A DNA stretch of 64,000 nucleotides from Phyllobates terribilis. Taxonomy: Eukaryota. The first letter of the stretch is position 1; the number at the start of each line of letters is the position of its first letter. The translations under genes were made by a program, and so were the position numbers. Positions 24,379 through 37,060 of the stretch are shown piece after piece. The notes below the pieces were generated by a model. The model was not told the origin of the DNA. It ran no database searches and worked only from the letters and a program-made list of their open reading frames with translations. Where the stretch lies: NCBI RefSeq assembly GCF_046119375.1, contig NW_027366852.1, positions 1 through 64,000 on the forward strand, written 5' to 3'.

Positions 24379-27300
24379 ATGAACTCATCCAAAGTGATAC
24401 TTGGAAGGAAGGAGCAATGTCTTCTAGACTGCGCAACGACGCACACCATCTTGACAAACAAAGAGTACTTTACTCACTTGAAAGCCTATGAAGGCAATGT
24501 CACCACAATACCAGGTGCATCTACACTCATAGAAGGCTTTGGAAGATCTATTGTTATACTCCCAAGAGGAACAAAATTTATTATAAAGGACGCATTATCT
24601 CAAAGAAACTTATTGAGTTTCAAGGATGTGCGTCATAATGGGTTTCATATGGAAACCGTGAATGAAAATGGAAAAGAATACATGTGCATCATAAGATATG
24701 AATCTGGTCTAAAGTAGATCCTTGAAAGGATGCCAGGACATACCTCCGGATTATATTATACATATATTTATCCGTGTGAGGTCAATGCAACAATAAATAA
24801 GAGGTCATTTGACCAAACTGCTTTCACCTTGTGGCATGACCGTTTGGGTCATCCAGGGTCAGCAATGATGCATAAAATCATAAAGAACTCACTTGGACAC
24901 CCATTAAAGGACATTATGCTCCTATCGTCCAATGACTCTAATTGCAGTGCTTACTCACTCGGAAAACTTATTATAAGACCTTCCAAAAACAAAATAGCAA
25001 GTGAGACACCTGCATTTTTGGAAAGAATCCAAGGAGATATGTGTGGACCAATTACTCCACCATGTGGACCATTTCGATATTTTATGGTGCTAATTGATGC
25101 ATCCACACGTTGGTCACATGTAACTCTATTATCAAGAAGAAATGTTGCATCTGCTAAGCTACTTGCTCAAATAATCCGACTGAGGGAACAGTTCCCGGAT
25201 TATACAATAAAGAAAATTCGGCTTGATAATGCAGGCGAATTCACATCTCAAACTTTGAATGACTATTGTATGTCCATTGGAATTGATATAAAGCATCCAG
25301 TAGCTCATGTTCACACACAGAATGGTCTGGCCGAATCCTTGATAAAGAGATTACAACTAATCGCTAGACCATTACTAATAAAATCGAGATTACCAGTGTT
25401 AGCATGTGGACATGCCATATTACATGCAACAGTTTTGGTTCGATTGAGACCATGTGCAAACCATGAATATTCCCCACTACAATTAGTATTTGCAAGGAGC
25501 CAAATATTTCGCATGTAAAGGTATTTGGATGTGTTGTTTATGTTTTCATTGCCCCACCTTTGTGTACAAAGATGGGTGTGCAAAGAAGATTGGGAATTTA
25601 TGTTGGTTTCGAATCTCCTTCAATCATTAAATATCTTGAACCAACAACCGGTGATTTATTTATAGCAAGGTTTGTTGATTGTCATATTGACGAAAGTATA
25701 TTCCCTAAGTTAGGGGGAGAAAATAATGGTGTGAATGCACATGGAAAAGAGATTACATGGAATGCAGTAGCATTATCTCAGCTTGATCCGAGAACAAAAG
25801 TGTGTGAACAAGAAATACGACGGATCATACACTTGCAAAATGTTGCAAATCAGTTACCATATGCATTTGTCGAATCAAAGAAGGTGACTAAGTCACATAT
25901 ACCTGCAGCAAATGCACCTGAAAGAATTGAAATACCAACTGGACAGGAAGAGGCATCGATTGCAAATGAGTCTACAACAGGCAGGAAGCGTGGTAGACCA
26001 CCGGGTTCAAAAGATTTGAAACCAAGGAAGTCAAAGAACCCAAAGGGTATAGTAAGAAATGTCACAATAGCTTCTGAGAAAGATGATAAAGTCAAAGAGA
26101 TTGAAAATGAAAAAATCTCACAAGAAAATGACATCCTAGATACTGATCGAAATATTGACAACTCTGAGATTTTCATAAACTATGTATACACAGGTATACA
26201 ATGGAATAGGAAAGATGTCATTATTGATTATACATTTTTCTACTCAGTATCTATAGACATTGTGTCCGAAGATGAGGATATTGAGCCAAAATCGATCGAT
26301 GAATGTCGTCAAAGGAAAGATTGGCCAAACTGGAAAGAGGTCATACAGTCAGAACCAAAATCGCTTGAAAAGCAAGAAGTTTTTGGCCCCGTGGTCCATA
26401 CACCAAAGGGTATAAAGCCCGTGGGTTACAAATGGGTTTTCGTGAGAAAACGGAATGAGAAAAATGAAGTTGTCAGGTATAAGGCAAGGCTTGTAGCCCA
26501 AGGTTTCTCTCAAATTCCTAGAGTTGACTATGATGAAACATACTCTTCTGTGGTTGATGCAACAACATTGAGGTTTCTCATTGGCATGACTATATTTGAT
26601 AAATTACATATGCGTCTTATGAATGTCGTGACTGCATACTTATATGGGTCACTTAATACAGATATCTATATGAGAGTTCTAGAAGGAATAAAACTGTCTG
26701 ATAACTCTACCTCGCGGATTATTCTCTATAAAACTAAGGAGGTCATTGTATGAATTAAAACAATCTGGAAGGATGTGGTACAACAACCTTAGCGAATATC
26801 TTGTGAAGGAAGGGTATAAGAATGATGCCATATGCCCATGTGTTTTCATCAAGCGATCCAAAAATGGATTTGCCATCATAGCAGTCTATGTTGATGACTT
26901 GAACATTGTTGGAACTTCTCATGAAATTCAAAAGACTGCAAAATATTTGATGAAAGAGTTCAAGATGAAAGATCTCGGTAAACCTAAGCTTTGTCTTGGT
27001 TTACAAATTGAGCATTTGGACGATGGAATATTTTTCCATCAATCTAATTACGGTGAGAAAATCTTGAGAAGATTTAATATGGATAAGGCACATCTCTTGA
27101 GCTCTTCCATGGATGTTCGATCCTTTAATGTTGATAAGGATCAGTTTTTCCCTAGAGAAGAAGATGAAGAAGTTCTCGGTCTTGAAGTACCATATCTAAG
27201 TGCTATCGGTGCTTTAATGTATTTAACCAACAATACAAGACCAGATATTGCTTTTGTAGTAAATTTATTCTCTAGATTTAGTTCCACTCCTATAAGGGGA

Positions 27301-27885
27301 CATTGGAATGGGATCAAACACATATTTTGCTATCTTTGAGGCACACATAATTTGGGATTGTTTTACCGTATCCAAAGAAATGTCATCATTGTTGGATATG
27401 CAGGTGCAGGTTACTTATCTGACCCACATAAGGCCAAATCACAAAATGGTTATGTGTTCATATGGAGGCACATCCATATAATGGAGATCGAATAAGAAAA
27501 CAGTGACAGCAACATCATCAAATCAAGCGGAGCTGATTGTATTATATGAGGTAGGGAGAGATTGTGTGCATTACGAGCAATGATTACATTCATCCAGAAA
27601 GAATGTGGGATGAGGCCCATCACTAGTGGGCCAATGGTCCTATATGAATACAACTCAGCATGTGTTGCTGAGATGAAGAAAGGATACATAAAGGAAGATC
27701 GTACAAAACATATTTTATCCAAATTCTTCTCTACCCATGAGTTGGATGAAGATGGCGAAATCAACATCCAATAGATCCGATCAAGTGATAATTTGGCTGA
27801 CATGTTCACGAAGTCATTAAATCCAAAGAATTTTATGGAACTAGTATCAAGGTTTGGAATGTGCAGACTCAGAGACACTCGTTGA
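24379..27885 (+). pseudogene. Bianca pol (protease, integrase, RT, RNase H), disrupted
   Basis: CLLDCATTHTIL; WHDRLGHPG, IQGDMCGP, IRLDNAGEF, QNGLAES; YKARLVAQGFSQ, IAVYVDDLNIVG; RNase H remnant ending near 27880. Confidence 0.9.
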
Positions 27886-28130
27886 TCTCAGAGGGAGCAT
27901 CATACGCGTTGCACTCTTTTTCCCTTCGGTTAAGCTTTTATCCCACGGGGTTTTGCTTGACAAGGTTTTTAATGAGGCGGCATCAAGGCGTATAATGGGA
28001 TCCATGGTTGCACTCTTTTTTTTTCCCCTTTTATCAGGTTTTTATCCTTTTGAGTTTTTTCTGACAAGGTTTTTAACGACACAACATACTTTCATCTCAC
28101 ATCAGTTTGAAGGTGAATATTCAAGGGGGG

Positions 28131-28530
28131 TGTTATGTATTGTTAAAATTACCTAATGTATTTATTTGTCTTGCAAGAAGTAGATTAAAACATCTACAAG
28201 ATCATGTTCAGAATTTGAAAATGAAGGTGTATTATTAAGGTAAATAGTGTGTGAATTATCCACCTTCTTAACTCTTCTTCACTTTATATTTAAGATGACA
28301 TAAATTAGTCAAGAATTAGGTGATCTTCTTAGCCTATAAATAGAGGCATTCTCCATTATAAATTTCACATACAAAAACAAGAGCAAGAATACCTCTTTAA
28401 GATTCTTGAGCTATCTTCCTCTTTCTTAATACTCAAAGTTATTTTTGATCTATTTATCAAGATTAAGTCATCTTATCTTAATCATTATAAAATCAAGATT
28501 AAGGCACTTTATCTTAGTCATTTCACAACA
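28131..28530 (+). repeat. 3' LTR of the Bianca element, followed by an 18-bp duplication of its end (28531-28548)
   Basis: Retains TATAAAT at 28335-28341. Ends CTTAGTCATTTCACAACA twice before the TSD. Confidence 0.92.
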
Positions 28531-28974
28531 CTTAGTCATTTCACAACACTTTCATTTTTCAAAAGTACCTATGGAATGTTTTTTGTTTTTTTGGAAATGA
28601 GTACTTTCAATATTTCTAAAAAAATTTAGAGCAAACGAACCAAACACATCAAATGATTACTTCTTTTTTTTGGAGGGAAAAAACTCAGAAATACTTCTTT
28701 GGACGAACCGAATATACCTTTTTATATTCGAATTGCTCATATTAATAAACGGTTGCTCATACGACTCTTTGTCTCCAAAAGTTGGCAAGTATGGGGAAGT
28801 ATATACTATTAGGAAAATCTGGTATCAACTCACAATGATTTAATATATGATCATGTCCCCTATGCAATAATACAACTAATTCATACTTGATAGCCAAAAA
28901 ATTTTGGCTTCTAAGTGTAGGATATTAATAATCTTAACACTCGCACACCTCCAGTACAGAGAAAGTGTGAAGTA

Positions 28975-31626
28975 TTATTGAGCATGTATGTTACATTGTT
29001 CGGCGGGTGGAAAGAATGATAGTGATGGTGGTGGGACGAGACTATCGTTATAAGGTTTGAGCCACTGATCGGCTTCAATGAAATTAGAGATGTTGAGAAA
29101 AGGCGCAACTTGTGCGTCGTTAAGCGTCTGCTCGTAGGCCACTCTATTTGCTGCCATGGCTCCTGCTCCAGTGCACATATATTCTCCGTAGAATATGTTC
29201 CTGCGTGCAGTATTACGAGTTTAATGTATATTACTCGATCGATCGAGTACGTAGAAATGAATATACATGTACTTACTGGTCCCTTGTAGGATCGTTGAAG
29301 TCGTTCCATCCCTCTGAAGCAACGATATCGGTCATGGAAGTGTAGGCAAAGAGGACACGGGAAAAGGGCCTCCAGGCTCGGCCCAGCCACACTCTCCCGG
29401 TTCCTCCTATGGAGCACCTGTTGAACACATAACCTGTGTTGTCGTCGCTTGAGCTTCTCCCATGTGCAGTCACCACCCCATTTATCACCTTTGCTCCTGC
29501 CGGCACTTCCTTCGCTATTGATACCATTTCGCAGTTCTATGTATCATATATGAATCAGAAATGATCCAAGTAGTTATGTACTACTGGGACAATATTCACA
29601 TCAAAAGTTGGGATATAAAAAGCCTAGCTATTGATATCATTTTCCAGTTCACAATATAATGTGTGCATCATAATCGATCCAAGTATTTATGTTCTATTGG
29701 AATAGTATCCTATATCGGAAGTTGGAATATAAAAACCTTGATATTGATATCATTTTGTAGTTGTGCGTAGTTCTGCGTGTCATGTATGCATCAGAAATGA
29801 TCCAAGTAATTAGGTTCTATTAGAATAGTATCCCACATCAGAAATTGAGATATAAAAAATCCAGTATGTAAGTCCATGAATAACTACTCTTATTGCCAAT
29901 TGATTTAAAATGAAATCACATTAAACTTATATGTTAAGTACACACCTCGTAGTAAGATCTTGCATCCCCGAAAATGAAGTCTATGGAGCCTTGTATAAAG
30001 CAATCCCTAAAGTAATGTCGTCCTCTGTCGTCATGAAGGGTATCTTGTGCCCCAAAGAACCCGCAACCCCAGAACGCGGCTGCGTCTCCTCCTACTCGGA
30101 TAGCCACTGCTTGGGCCCCCACGTCTCCCGGGTTTGGAATTGGTGCCACATTCTGCACAAATTCATTTTTAATGTCTATTTATCCACATATAATTATGAC
30201 GTCATTAGTTTTGTTCATTTTGACTATTTACCATGAAGCTTATGTTCTTGGCAACGAAATTGGAGGAGAAAACTTGGAGGGATGCGCAGTAGAAAGTTCC
30301 ATGGGAAGAGTTGGCTGTGTCATTCCATACAATTGATGTTGACAAATATCCTTGTCCTTGCAATGTGATGTTTGGCTTGTTTCTACCAATTGTCACTTTC
30401 TCACTTCATCCACATTCCCAAGAAATAAAAACACATTAGAGCTCAAACGTTATCTCATCTATTTTAATAATACATGCTCCAATGGTGTATGTGTGTTTTT
30501 GGGTGGCGCAGGCAACATATTCCGCAAATCAAATGCAGAATATGTATTTTAATAGTAAATACTTTCCGTATTTGATTTGCATTAAACTTTACCTGCGTCT
30601 ACAGGCTAAAGCACATGCGCCTCGAAATCTCCTTAATAAACTACAATTGTACAAATTTATTGAGATTATTATTGTTGATATTTAGCTCTTTCCTATGTTA
30701 GTTTAGTTGATATTATAGATAAGTAAGCAAACATCAGGGGAAGAGATTTAAGATCAATGACATGAACACATTGTTTCCAACCTAATTAGCACACACGTTT
30801 TTGAAGTGGGAAACTCTCCGAGACCGTCAGCTATTTGGAAACGGTCAACAATTCGGAAATAGAAAAACGCCCCAGAAACGGATTAGAAAGCCAACTATAA
30901 AGCCTTAATTCTATTTTTCCTTCTCTGCGACCAGCCTCCACCTCTTCCAAATGACTTCGGCAGTTTCAATACCTTTCTTTGTTTCTCCTTCCGACAAGTT
31001 TTTTCCATTAATAGGCTTTTTTTACGTGATTAGATTTATACGTATATGATAATGCCAAAATAGTAACAAAGAGTTTTAAAATGATATATAAGGTATACTA
31101 GTGTTTCTTCGCTGTTCTACTTTACTATTTTCTATATTCCAGTTTTACCGTTTCTGTTTCCCGTTTTCGTTTCCATCCTACTTAGTTGAATATGCATTAA
31201 AGTTAGCCTTTGGAAAGATATAAAGAAGTAGCTATCTTACTAGTAGACACCGGAGTTGATCCAGATGACGGTCCTCTTGGGGCTAAGGACGGGAACGGCG
31301 TCGATGGCAGCCTGAACTGACGTGAAGTTGCAACACCCGTTCCGGTCAACACATAGGAACGATGTCGTGTTGGTGTCCGGTGGCGGAATTCCTAGAGGGA
31401 ACTCATCGCACATGTTCACATTGGCTTTGTTCGTACCACCGTGATGATGATGATGCCCATGCCCATGATGATGCTCACGATGATGATGTCCATGATGCCT
31501 CCCCGCCATACATGTTTCTCTTGATGGTTGCTCGATGGCGATTGATGATGAATTTATGATGGCCATAGATGAAAATAATATCAAACTCGCGAGATATGAA
31601 CAAGTGCCAATGTTAAGGATGTCCAT
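28975..31626 (-). CDS. Pectin methylesterase (type II, no PMEI pro-domain; PME14/15-like), 5 exons, 416 aa
   Basis: Exons (minus strand) 31626-31241, 30403-30232, 30152-29946, 29536-29277, 29200-28975, total 1251 nt in one open frame with GT-AG introns. Motifs [43 protein letters not shown]. Confidence 0.95.
29510..29865. repeat. Three tandem units of about 113 bp spanning the PME intron 3/exon 4 boundary
   Basis: Anchor TATTGATA at 29516, 29629 and 29742, each followed by GATCCAAGTA and GATATAAAAA-like motifs. Confidence 0.85.
30790..31180. mobile_element. hAT (Ac/Ds-like) remnant in PME intron 1
   Basis: AAACGG/CCGTTT motifs and an end CGTTTCCATCCTA (reverse TAGGATGGAAACG, similar to the Ac TIR). 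No matching inverted left end. Confidence 0.45.
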
Positions 31627-31749
31627 TTTGAATGTGGTTGCCTAAAAAGATGGAGATGTATATTATTTATACATTTTTATCTACATAGCTGCTTGGTATG
31701 ATATATATGAAGACTGGCCCTTGAAGTGCAAGCATTAATTTGGTGACAT

Positions 31750-32590
31750 GGCTTGGAACCCACTCTAATTTTCCATAGCCGACCTGTGTGTGCTTGCAAG
31801 AAAGAATTAAATAAACCTTGCTTAAAGGTGGAAGACAACTATTGGGTTGGGATAACGATATTTTGTACGTATGCGTCCAAAGTAAGTCAGTCTTTGAAAC
31901 ACTTTATTTTTGAAGTTTGGATTTTGCTATTGGAAGCGTGTCACTGTATCAAAGACAAAATGGTGGTTCTCATATAAAACCGAGGAGCTGTTCGGTTCAT
32001 CAAGTGAAGTGGAGGCCACCGTCTAGAGAGTGGAACAAGATTAATATGAATGGGTCGGTGCGTGAGGGTAGGGCTTCGGTTGCGGATATTTTTAGGAATG
32101 CCGATGGTAATTGGGTGCGAAGCTATATTCATAACGTTCGCTCATGCTCGGTTCCCATGAGTCCATGACAGAGTTGTGGGGGATTGTTATTGGGCACTTC
32201 CTCGCTTGGAACCTTAGTTTTAGGAGGGTTTGCATAGAAACAGACTCGCTCTTAGTGACTTAGTTACTAGACAAACCTTTGGATCATTGCCACCCACTAT
32301 TCAATCTGGTTGCTCACGCAACAGACTTTATTAGTAGGGATTGGCAATGGCAACTCCGCCATGTATTCCAAGAGGCCAACAAAGTCGCTGACTCCTTGAA
32401 TTCTCTTGCATTTTATTTTCCACTTGGTGTTTCTGTTTTGGAATCGGCCCCAGAGTGTGTTATGTGTCTGATTGATACGGACTTGAGGGAACGGGTTACA
32501 CCCCGTTTAATTTTATTATAACCCACTTTTCTTTTTAATTAATATGTACCGAAGGTCCGGACGTCTTTCTACCCAAAAAAGAAAAATAAA
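31750..32590 (+). mobile_element. 5'-truncated LINE fragment (RNase H end plus A-rich tail)
   Basis: KWRPPSREWNKINMNGS...FRNADGNW, ETDSL, HVFQEANKVADSL. Tail AAAAAAGAAAAATAAAA at about 32575-32591. The 5' end is approximate. Confidence 0.85.
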
Positions 32591-32632
32591 ACCCTAGTTA
32601 GTTAGGGCAAATAAACGCGTTACTCCATAAAT

Positions 32633-33799
32633 ATGCAATCTTGTCAATCAATGCAGCAGCATAATCTTCCCTTCATGGCGTCGTCTTACATTCCCGGCGA
32701 CTTATTGATCCTCATCCTAAGGCTACTCACCGTCAAAACCCTATTAAAACTAAAACGTGTCTGCAAATCCTGGAAAAACCTCATCGATTCAACCTCCTTC
32801 ATACTCCATCATCTAGTCCAAACCCAAACCCAAACCCCCGCCATTCTCGTACACCAAGAACTCGCTAACTTCAGTTACATCCTCATAGATCCGAAGAATC
32901 ACAGATTTTACAACACCATAACCGGCCCACACGGTATAAGATTTCCTCCAAACCCTACTGTTCCTTTCAATCTCCGGCCAATTAGCACTATTCACGGCGT
33001 TGTTTGTCTCTACGACTTTCACAATAAACTCCTCCTCTTATGGAACCCCTCCATCCACCGCCACGTCACCATTCCTCTCCCTGTAATCTGTCTCAATTTT
33101 GATCAACGAGGCCATTACTGCGGTTTCTGGATAGACCCATTTACCAAACAGTTTAAAGTTGTCATATTTTGCTTCAAAAGAAAGACATTTGCTTTGTATG
33201 TTTCCAAGAAGAAAGAATGGGTCCAATTTGCAATGAGCCCAGATGTGTACGCAAATTACTGTCAATCACCACAGGTGTTGATAGACAAAATTGCTTACTG
33301 GACTGCTACTAGCATAACGCGCCGTGTGTTCATAGTTTTCTATGATTTTGGTAAAGATGAATCTGGGAAGATTGATAAGTTGCCGAAAGTTAAGAACAAG
33401 AACATGCATGGGGGACTGAATGCGTATGTTTCTAAGTGGTGCGGTTTACTCGCAGTGGTGTATACCTACAAGTCTGATCTCTTTCTTTTTAGTGATTGTG
33501 AATGTGATGTATGGGTGTTGATGCTGAATGGATCATGGAGTAATGTGTCTAGTTTTAGACTGATTGAATGCGTGTCAAGAGTTTTTTGTGTTTTCGAGCT
33601 TGAAGATCAGAAAGAGTGGGTTTTAGCGTCAAATTGGTATGGAGAATTGCTGGTGTATGATCGTGAAGATAGAAAGTGCAGTCGGTTGGTCTCTTCGGAG
33701 AAGAAGTATGATTGGTCTGGTTGTACTAGTTTTGTTGGTGTGTTTCCTTTAGCTTATGACTTTGTGGAAAGTCTTGTTATACCTGATCACACGTGGTAA
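32633..33799 (+). CDS. F-box protein with F-box-associated (FBA-type) domain, intronless, 388 aa
   Basis: IPGDLLILILRLLTVKTLLKLKRVCKSWKNLI is the F-box motif. HGVVCL...LLLWNPSI and a beta-propeller-like C-terminus follow. The ORF is uninterrupted. Confidence 0.93.
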   Translation: MQSCQSMQQHNLPFMASSYIPGDLLILILRLLTVKTLLKLKRVCKSWKNLIDSTSFILHHLVQTQTQTPAILVHQELANFSYILIDPKNHRFYNTITGPHGIRFPPNPTVPFNLRPISTIHGVVCLYDFHNKLLLLWNPSIHRHVTIPLPVICLNFDQRGHYCGFWIDPFTKQFKVVIFCFKRKTFALYVSKKKEWVQFAMSPDVYANYCQSPQVLIDKIAYWTATSITRRVFIVFYDFGKDESGKIDKLPKVKNKNMHGGLNAYVSKWCGLLAVVYTYKSDLFLFSDCECDVWVLMLNGSWSNVSSFRLIECVSRVFCVFELEDQKEWVLASNWYGELLVYDREDRKCSRLVSSEKKYDWSGCTSFVGVFPLAYDFVESLVIPDHTW

Positions 33800-33845
33800 T
33801 TGAATAGACTATCTTTTTAATCTATCTTATTTGTTTTAGCTAAAA

Positions 33846-36800
33846 ATTAGCATATATCCCGTGCCATGTACGAGAATATTTTAATATATAAATTATAAAT
33901 AATATGTTTTATAAAATATTTTATCATAGATGTAATATTTGATTAAGTTGTTAGATTTGATGAGATGATAAATAATTATTAGATAAAATAGTGATACACG
34001 GTGAATAGTACTACTATAATCCAAATAATATATAAAAATGACCCACTCTAAAAATTTAAACAAAAATTTAATTTATGAATAAAATATTTTATTTTTCTGA
34101 AAGTTTTTTTTAAAAATATTCTAAAAAAATTGTTTAATTTTTATACAATATAAAATATAAATTATGGTAGTTTTAAATCTTATGGAAGAAATGTAGTTTA
34201 TAATATTATTCATTATATATTAAAATATATGTCTGTATATGTTTGATATAGTTATTAGGTGAAAATAATCTAAATTTATAAAAGAATTTTTTACATTTTA
34301 ATTATTAAGTTATTTTTTTGAAGAATCATTTAAATTTAGTAATTAAATAGATTAAGATAAAATTATCTTTGAAATGTATTCCTATAAATGTGGGAGTTTA
34401 TGTATAAATATTACTCTAATAAGAGATTTTCGGAATAATTTGTGTTATTAAATAGAAAATCGGTTAAGAATAATATCTGATTAATAAAAAATTATATATA
34501 AAATGCTAGCTTTAATATATAGGTGATGGAAAAAAGAAAAAATTAAATTAATAAAAATGAGAGATAATAGTGTGGCAAATAGTTGATGAACACATAATCA
34601 GCTATATGACCAAAACTCTTGAGAAGACTTTAAATAGGTTTATTTTAATATATAGTATATACATATGATAATGTCTAATATGAAAAGAGTACATTAATAT
34701 AAAATATTTTATTTTACTGAAAGTGTTTTTAAAAAAGGTTGTCAGAAAAATAGATCCAATAATAAATTCAATAAGAAAATTATACCTGATAAATAATTGG
34801 CTAAATTAAGGAGAAATTGGTAAATTTAATATATATATGTTGTATTTATTTTATTAGATTTTATTGATCTCATAAATAAATATACTGTAATAAGAAATTC
34901 TAGGAACAATAGATGTTCTTAAATAGAAAATTTGTTAAGAATAAGACTTGATAAGATTTGAATAATAAAAAATAAATATCAAATTGTAGCTTATATATAT
35001 ATAGGTGATGGAAAAAAAATATTAAAATATTAATAAAGAACACATAAGTAATGATGGGGTCTAAACTCTTAAAAAAGTTTGAAATATTTTGGTTTAATAT
35101 ATATATTAAGAAGATTAAGATAGTGTATATTGATAAAGTTTTCATTAACACTTTTCTATTTATTTTTTTAATTAGATGATGATATTTTTTTTAATATTAT
35201 ACTATTATAAAATAAGAGAGATTATAGGAAATATCGTATTATAATAAAATTTTAAAAAATAAGATAAACTTCTTTTATAAATTATATGATATACATGAGA
35301 CATATTTTTATAAACTAAATTTTTTATAAGATGAAAAATAAGTTTTATAAATTTATATCGTATTAGTTTATTAGGTATAATAAACTACAATAAAAATAAG
35401 ATGAAAAATTATTTATAAATTATATGATATATATGAGATGTATTTTAATACAAAATATCTATAAATTTTATGTATAGAATAGATGTATTTTTATAATAAA
35501 ATAATACAAAATAGTGCATATTGATAAAGTTTTCAATAACATCTTTTTACATTTTCCTTAGTTAGAATATGATATTTTAATTTTTTATATTGTACTATCA
35601 TAGGATAAGAGAGATTATAGCAGATAAATTTTACGATAAAATAAAATAAAAATAAGATAAAATTCTTTTATAAATTATATGATATACATGAGACATATTT
35701 ATATAATAAAATAACATAAAATAGTGCATATTGACACAATTTCCATTACACTTTTCTACTTTTTTTCAATTACAAGATAACTTTTAGTTGTTTTATATTG
35801 TACTATTATAAGATAAGAGAAAGTTTAGGAGATGTAGTTTTGAAATAAAATTTTATAAAAATAATATTATATTGTATTATCATATGATAAAGAGGATTCT
35901 AGAAGATATAATTTTACAATGAAAAAACTTTTTATAAATTTTATGATATACATGAGATGTATTTTTGTAATAAAATAATATAAATGGTGCAAATTAATAT
36001 AATTTTCATTAACACTTTTTATGTTTTTTAATTAGAAGATGATCTCTTAATTACTTTATACTGTAATATCATAAGATAAGAGAGATTTAAGAGATGTAGT
36101 TTTAAAATAAACTGAACTAAAATAGAATCTTATAAAAAATAATATCATATTATATTATTATAAGGTAAGAGAGATATTAGGAGATATAATTTAATATTAT
36201 ATTGTATTATCATAAGATAAGATAGATTTTAGGAGATATGATTTTATAATAAAATGAAATAAAATATTCTAAACTTTTACATGGTCGTGCTATGCATAGA
36301 AAATAATATTTATATATTAAAATAATATTTATTTATAAATCACTATTATTTTAATATATTAAATAATTCTTATTAATATGTTAAATAAAATTATTTTTGT
36401 TTATAATCCTAGTGCATATCATTTATATTTTATATATTTTATTTATATCTCCTATTTAAAATCATTTTTATATTCTAGTGTATTATAGAATGGTGCATAC
36501 TTGTTGATGATAGCCAAAATTATTTATTATAAGATATCATAAATAGTTTATTATAAAATATTATTTAATATTTATTTTTATTTATAAAAAATCAAAATTA
36601 TATCTACTATTTTATAATATTATTTTTATAATATTATTTTATAGAATTATTTATAAAAATAATTCTTCTACAATTGGATATATATATTTTGTATATTAAA
36701 ATAAAATTTCATAAAATCTATAAATACAATAAATAAACTAAAAATAAACAAGAGATATGATTTTATACACATACGTGAGATTTTATAAAATCTCTTATTA

Positions 36801-37027
36801 AATAGAAAATCGGTTAAGAATAAGATTTAATAAGATTTGATTAGTATATAAATAATATATATCCAATTATAGCTTTAATATATGCAAATGATAAAGAAAG
36901 GAAAAAATAAAATATTAATAAAGAGGAGAGAGAATAGTGTGGAAAATAGGAGATTGACACATAAGCAATTGTGGGGTCTAAACTCTTGAGAAGGCTTGAA
37001 ATATTTTAGCTTTAATATATATTAAGA
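33846..37027 (-). mobile_element. Non-autonomous Helitron-like element, extremely AT-rich, with internal tandem repeats
   Basis: Minus strand begins A|TCTTAATATATATTAAAGC (37027) and ends with an imperfect hairpin (plus-strand CCCGTGCCATGTACGAG, 33857-33873) then CTAA, a degenerate CTRR. Repeats of about 230 bp at 35130-36290. Confidence 0.7.
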
Positions 37028-37060
37028 TTAGAGGTAGTTGGGTCCATTATTTATAAATTA

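Larger units (their letters stand above)
21938..28548 (+). mobile_element. Complete but decayed Ty1/copia LTR retrotransposon, Bianca lineage
   Basis: TG...CA LTRs at 21938-22315 and 28131-28530. TSD CTTTC at 21933-21937 and 28549-28553. PPT AAGGGGGG before 28131. Non-Met PBS. Bianca-type gag start (EFEILDLAGQRHLS) and RT motif (YLYGSLNTDIYM). Confidence 0.93.

Noticed and set aside
32633-33799. F-box gene as an S-locus (SLF/SFB) component
   Set aside because: It is a single FBA-type gene with no S-RNase or F-box cluster in the window. The family is large and the call needs a phylogeny.
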